Shown here piece by piece: positions 19,321 to 20,000 of a stretch of 20,000 bases of DNA. The notes under the pieces are model-generated. The model made no database searches and was not told the origin of the DNA. It saw nothing but the letters and a program-made list of their open reading frames with translations. Numbering within the stretch: position 1 is the first letter of the stretch; each line of letters begins with the position of its first letter. The position numbers and the translations under genes are program-made. Source of the DNA: Spirogloea muscicola (lineage: Eukaryota); the NCBI GenBank assembly GCA_009602725.1, contig WELB01000016.1:541725-561724 (forward strand), in the 5' to 3' direction.

Positions 19321-20000
19321 CTAGGCCAGGTTGACGTGGACAGTGGCCTCCTTCTCGACGCCGCACAAGGGGCAGGCATCGGTGCTGGCCTCGCACTCCT
19401 TGCAGACGCACAGATGCCGGCAGGGCAGCAGCAGCACGCTCGCCTCCGCCACCGCCGGGCCCCGGCAGACGCGGCAGCCGCGCTGCGGCGCCGGCGCCGA
19501 GGCCAAGTGACCCAGTCGCAGATGCTGATGGCTCACGGCAGCGCCGCCAGACTCGCCCTGGCGGCGAGCGGCCACGCCCGCAGCGGCATGTTGGTGGTGA
19601 TGGTGGTGGTGGTGGTGGTAGAAGTCTGCGGCGGCGGTGTCGGCAGCGGCGTTGGCAGCGTCGGCCGCGTCATGGTCGTGCGCTGAGGCGGCATCGTCGA
19701 TGTCGACAGGGCCATCCGAGTCGCCGGAGCCCTCGGCACGGTCGGCCGAGGCGGCATCCCCGCGAGAGAGCGCCACGGCCTCAGCTTGGCGCTGCTGCGC
19801 AGCCATGACCGCCTCCAGGGAGCCGCGGAGCGCGCCGACGAGCGCCTCCATGCCGCGCATGTCCGCCACGAGCCGGTGCTCGCGCTGCTCAAGCTCCGCC
19901 ACGCGCAGCCGCGAGCGCTCCACCTCCAGGCTCGCCGCCAGCAGGCCCCGCCGCACGTGCTCCTCGGCGGCGGCAACGACCGCGCGCTCGTGCGCCGCGC
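19321..20000 (-). CDS. BOI/SBP1 (S-RNase-binding protein)-like RING E3 ubiquitin ligase, 3' part; start beyond the right edge
   Basis: A coiled-coil segment (RSRLRVAELEQREHRLVAD...LRGSLE) and a His tract precede the C-terminal RING-HC CRVC...ASVLLLPCRHLCVCKEC...CPLC...TVHVNLA*, typical of BOI/BRG proteins. Confidence 0.85.
   Translation of the reverse strand, partial: AAHERAVVAAAEEHVRRGLLAASLEVERSRLRVAELEQREHRLVADMRGMEALVGALRGSLEAVMAAQQRQAEAVALSRGDAASADRAEGSGDSDGPVDIDDAASAHDHDAADAANAAADTAAADFYHHHHHHHHQHAAAGVAARRQGESGGAAVSHQHLRLGHLASAPAPQRGCRVCRGPAVAEASVLLLPCRHLCVCKECEASTDACPLCGVEKEATVHVNLA

Overview
Eukaryotic, GC-rich, intron-dense DNA of green-plant type, probably a green or streptophyte alga (inference). 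It has four host genes. These are a plastid-type long-chain acyl-activating enzyme (AAE15/16-like, minus strand, running off the left edge), the ESCRT-III subunit VPS2 (minus), plastid/cyanobacterial-type MnmG/GidA (plus, with 3 GC-AG introns and an N gap in exon 1), and the 3' part of a BOI/SBP1-like RING E3 ligase (minus, running off the right edge). The divergent VPS2-mnmG intergenic region (about 8250-13220) holds a 5'-truncated but open-frame non-LTR retrotransposon. It encodes RT, a zinc knuckle and a restriction-like endonuclease, and is CRE-like. It is followed by a dense nest of about ten 3'-terminal fragments from several related lineages, labelled A-F here. These fragments are arranged nested, head-to-tail and head-to-head. 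Two more copies lie at about 5.3 kb and 18.5 kb. The lineages share a C-terminal peptide (RAGRALAAASG...LLTRGY*), a 3'-UTR hairpin (GGCTGGC-Yn-CAGCC) and, at most ends, CT-rich tails rather than poly(A). One antisense 3' fragment sits in-frame inside the RT ORF and resembles a GC-AG intron. All alignments were made by eye and no database searches were run.
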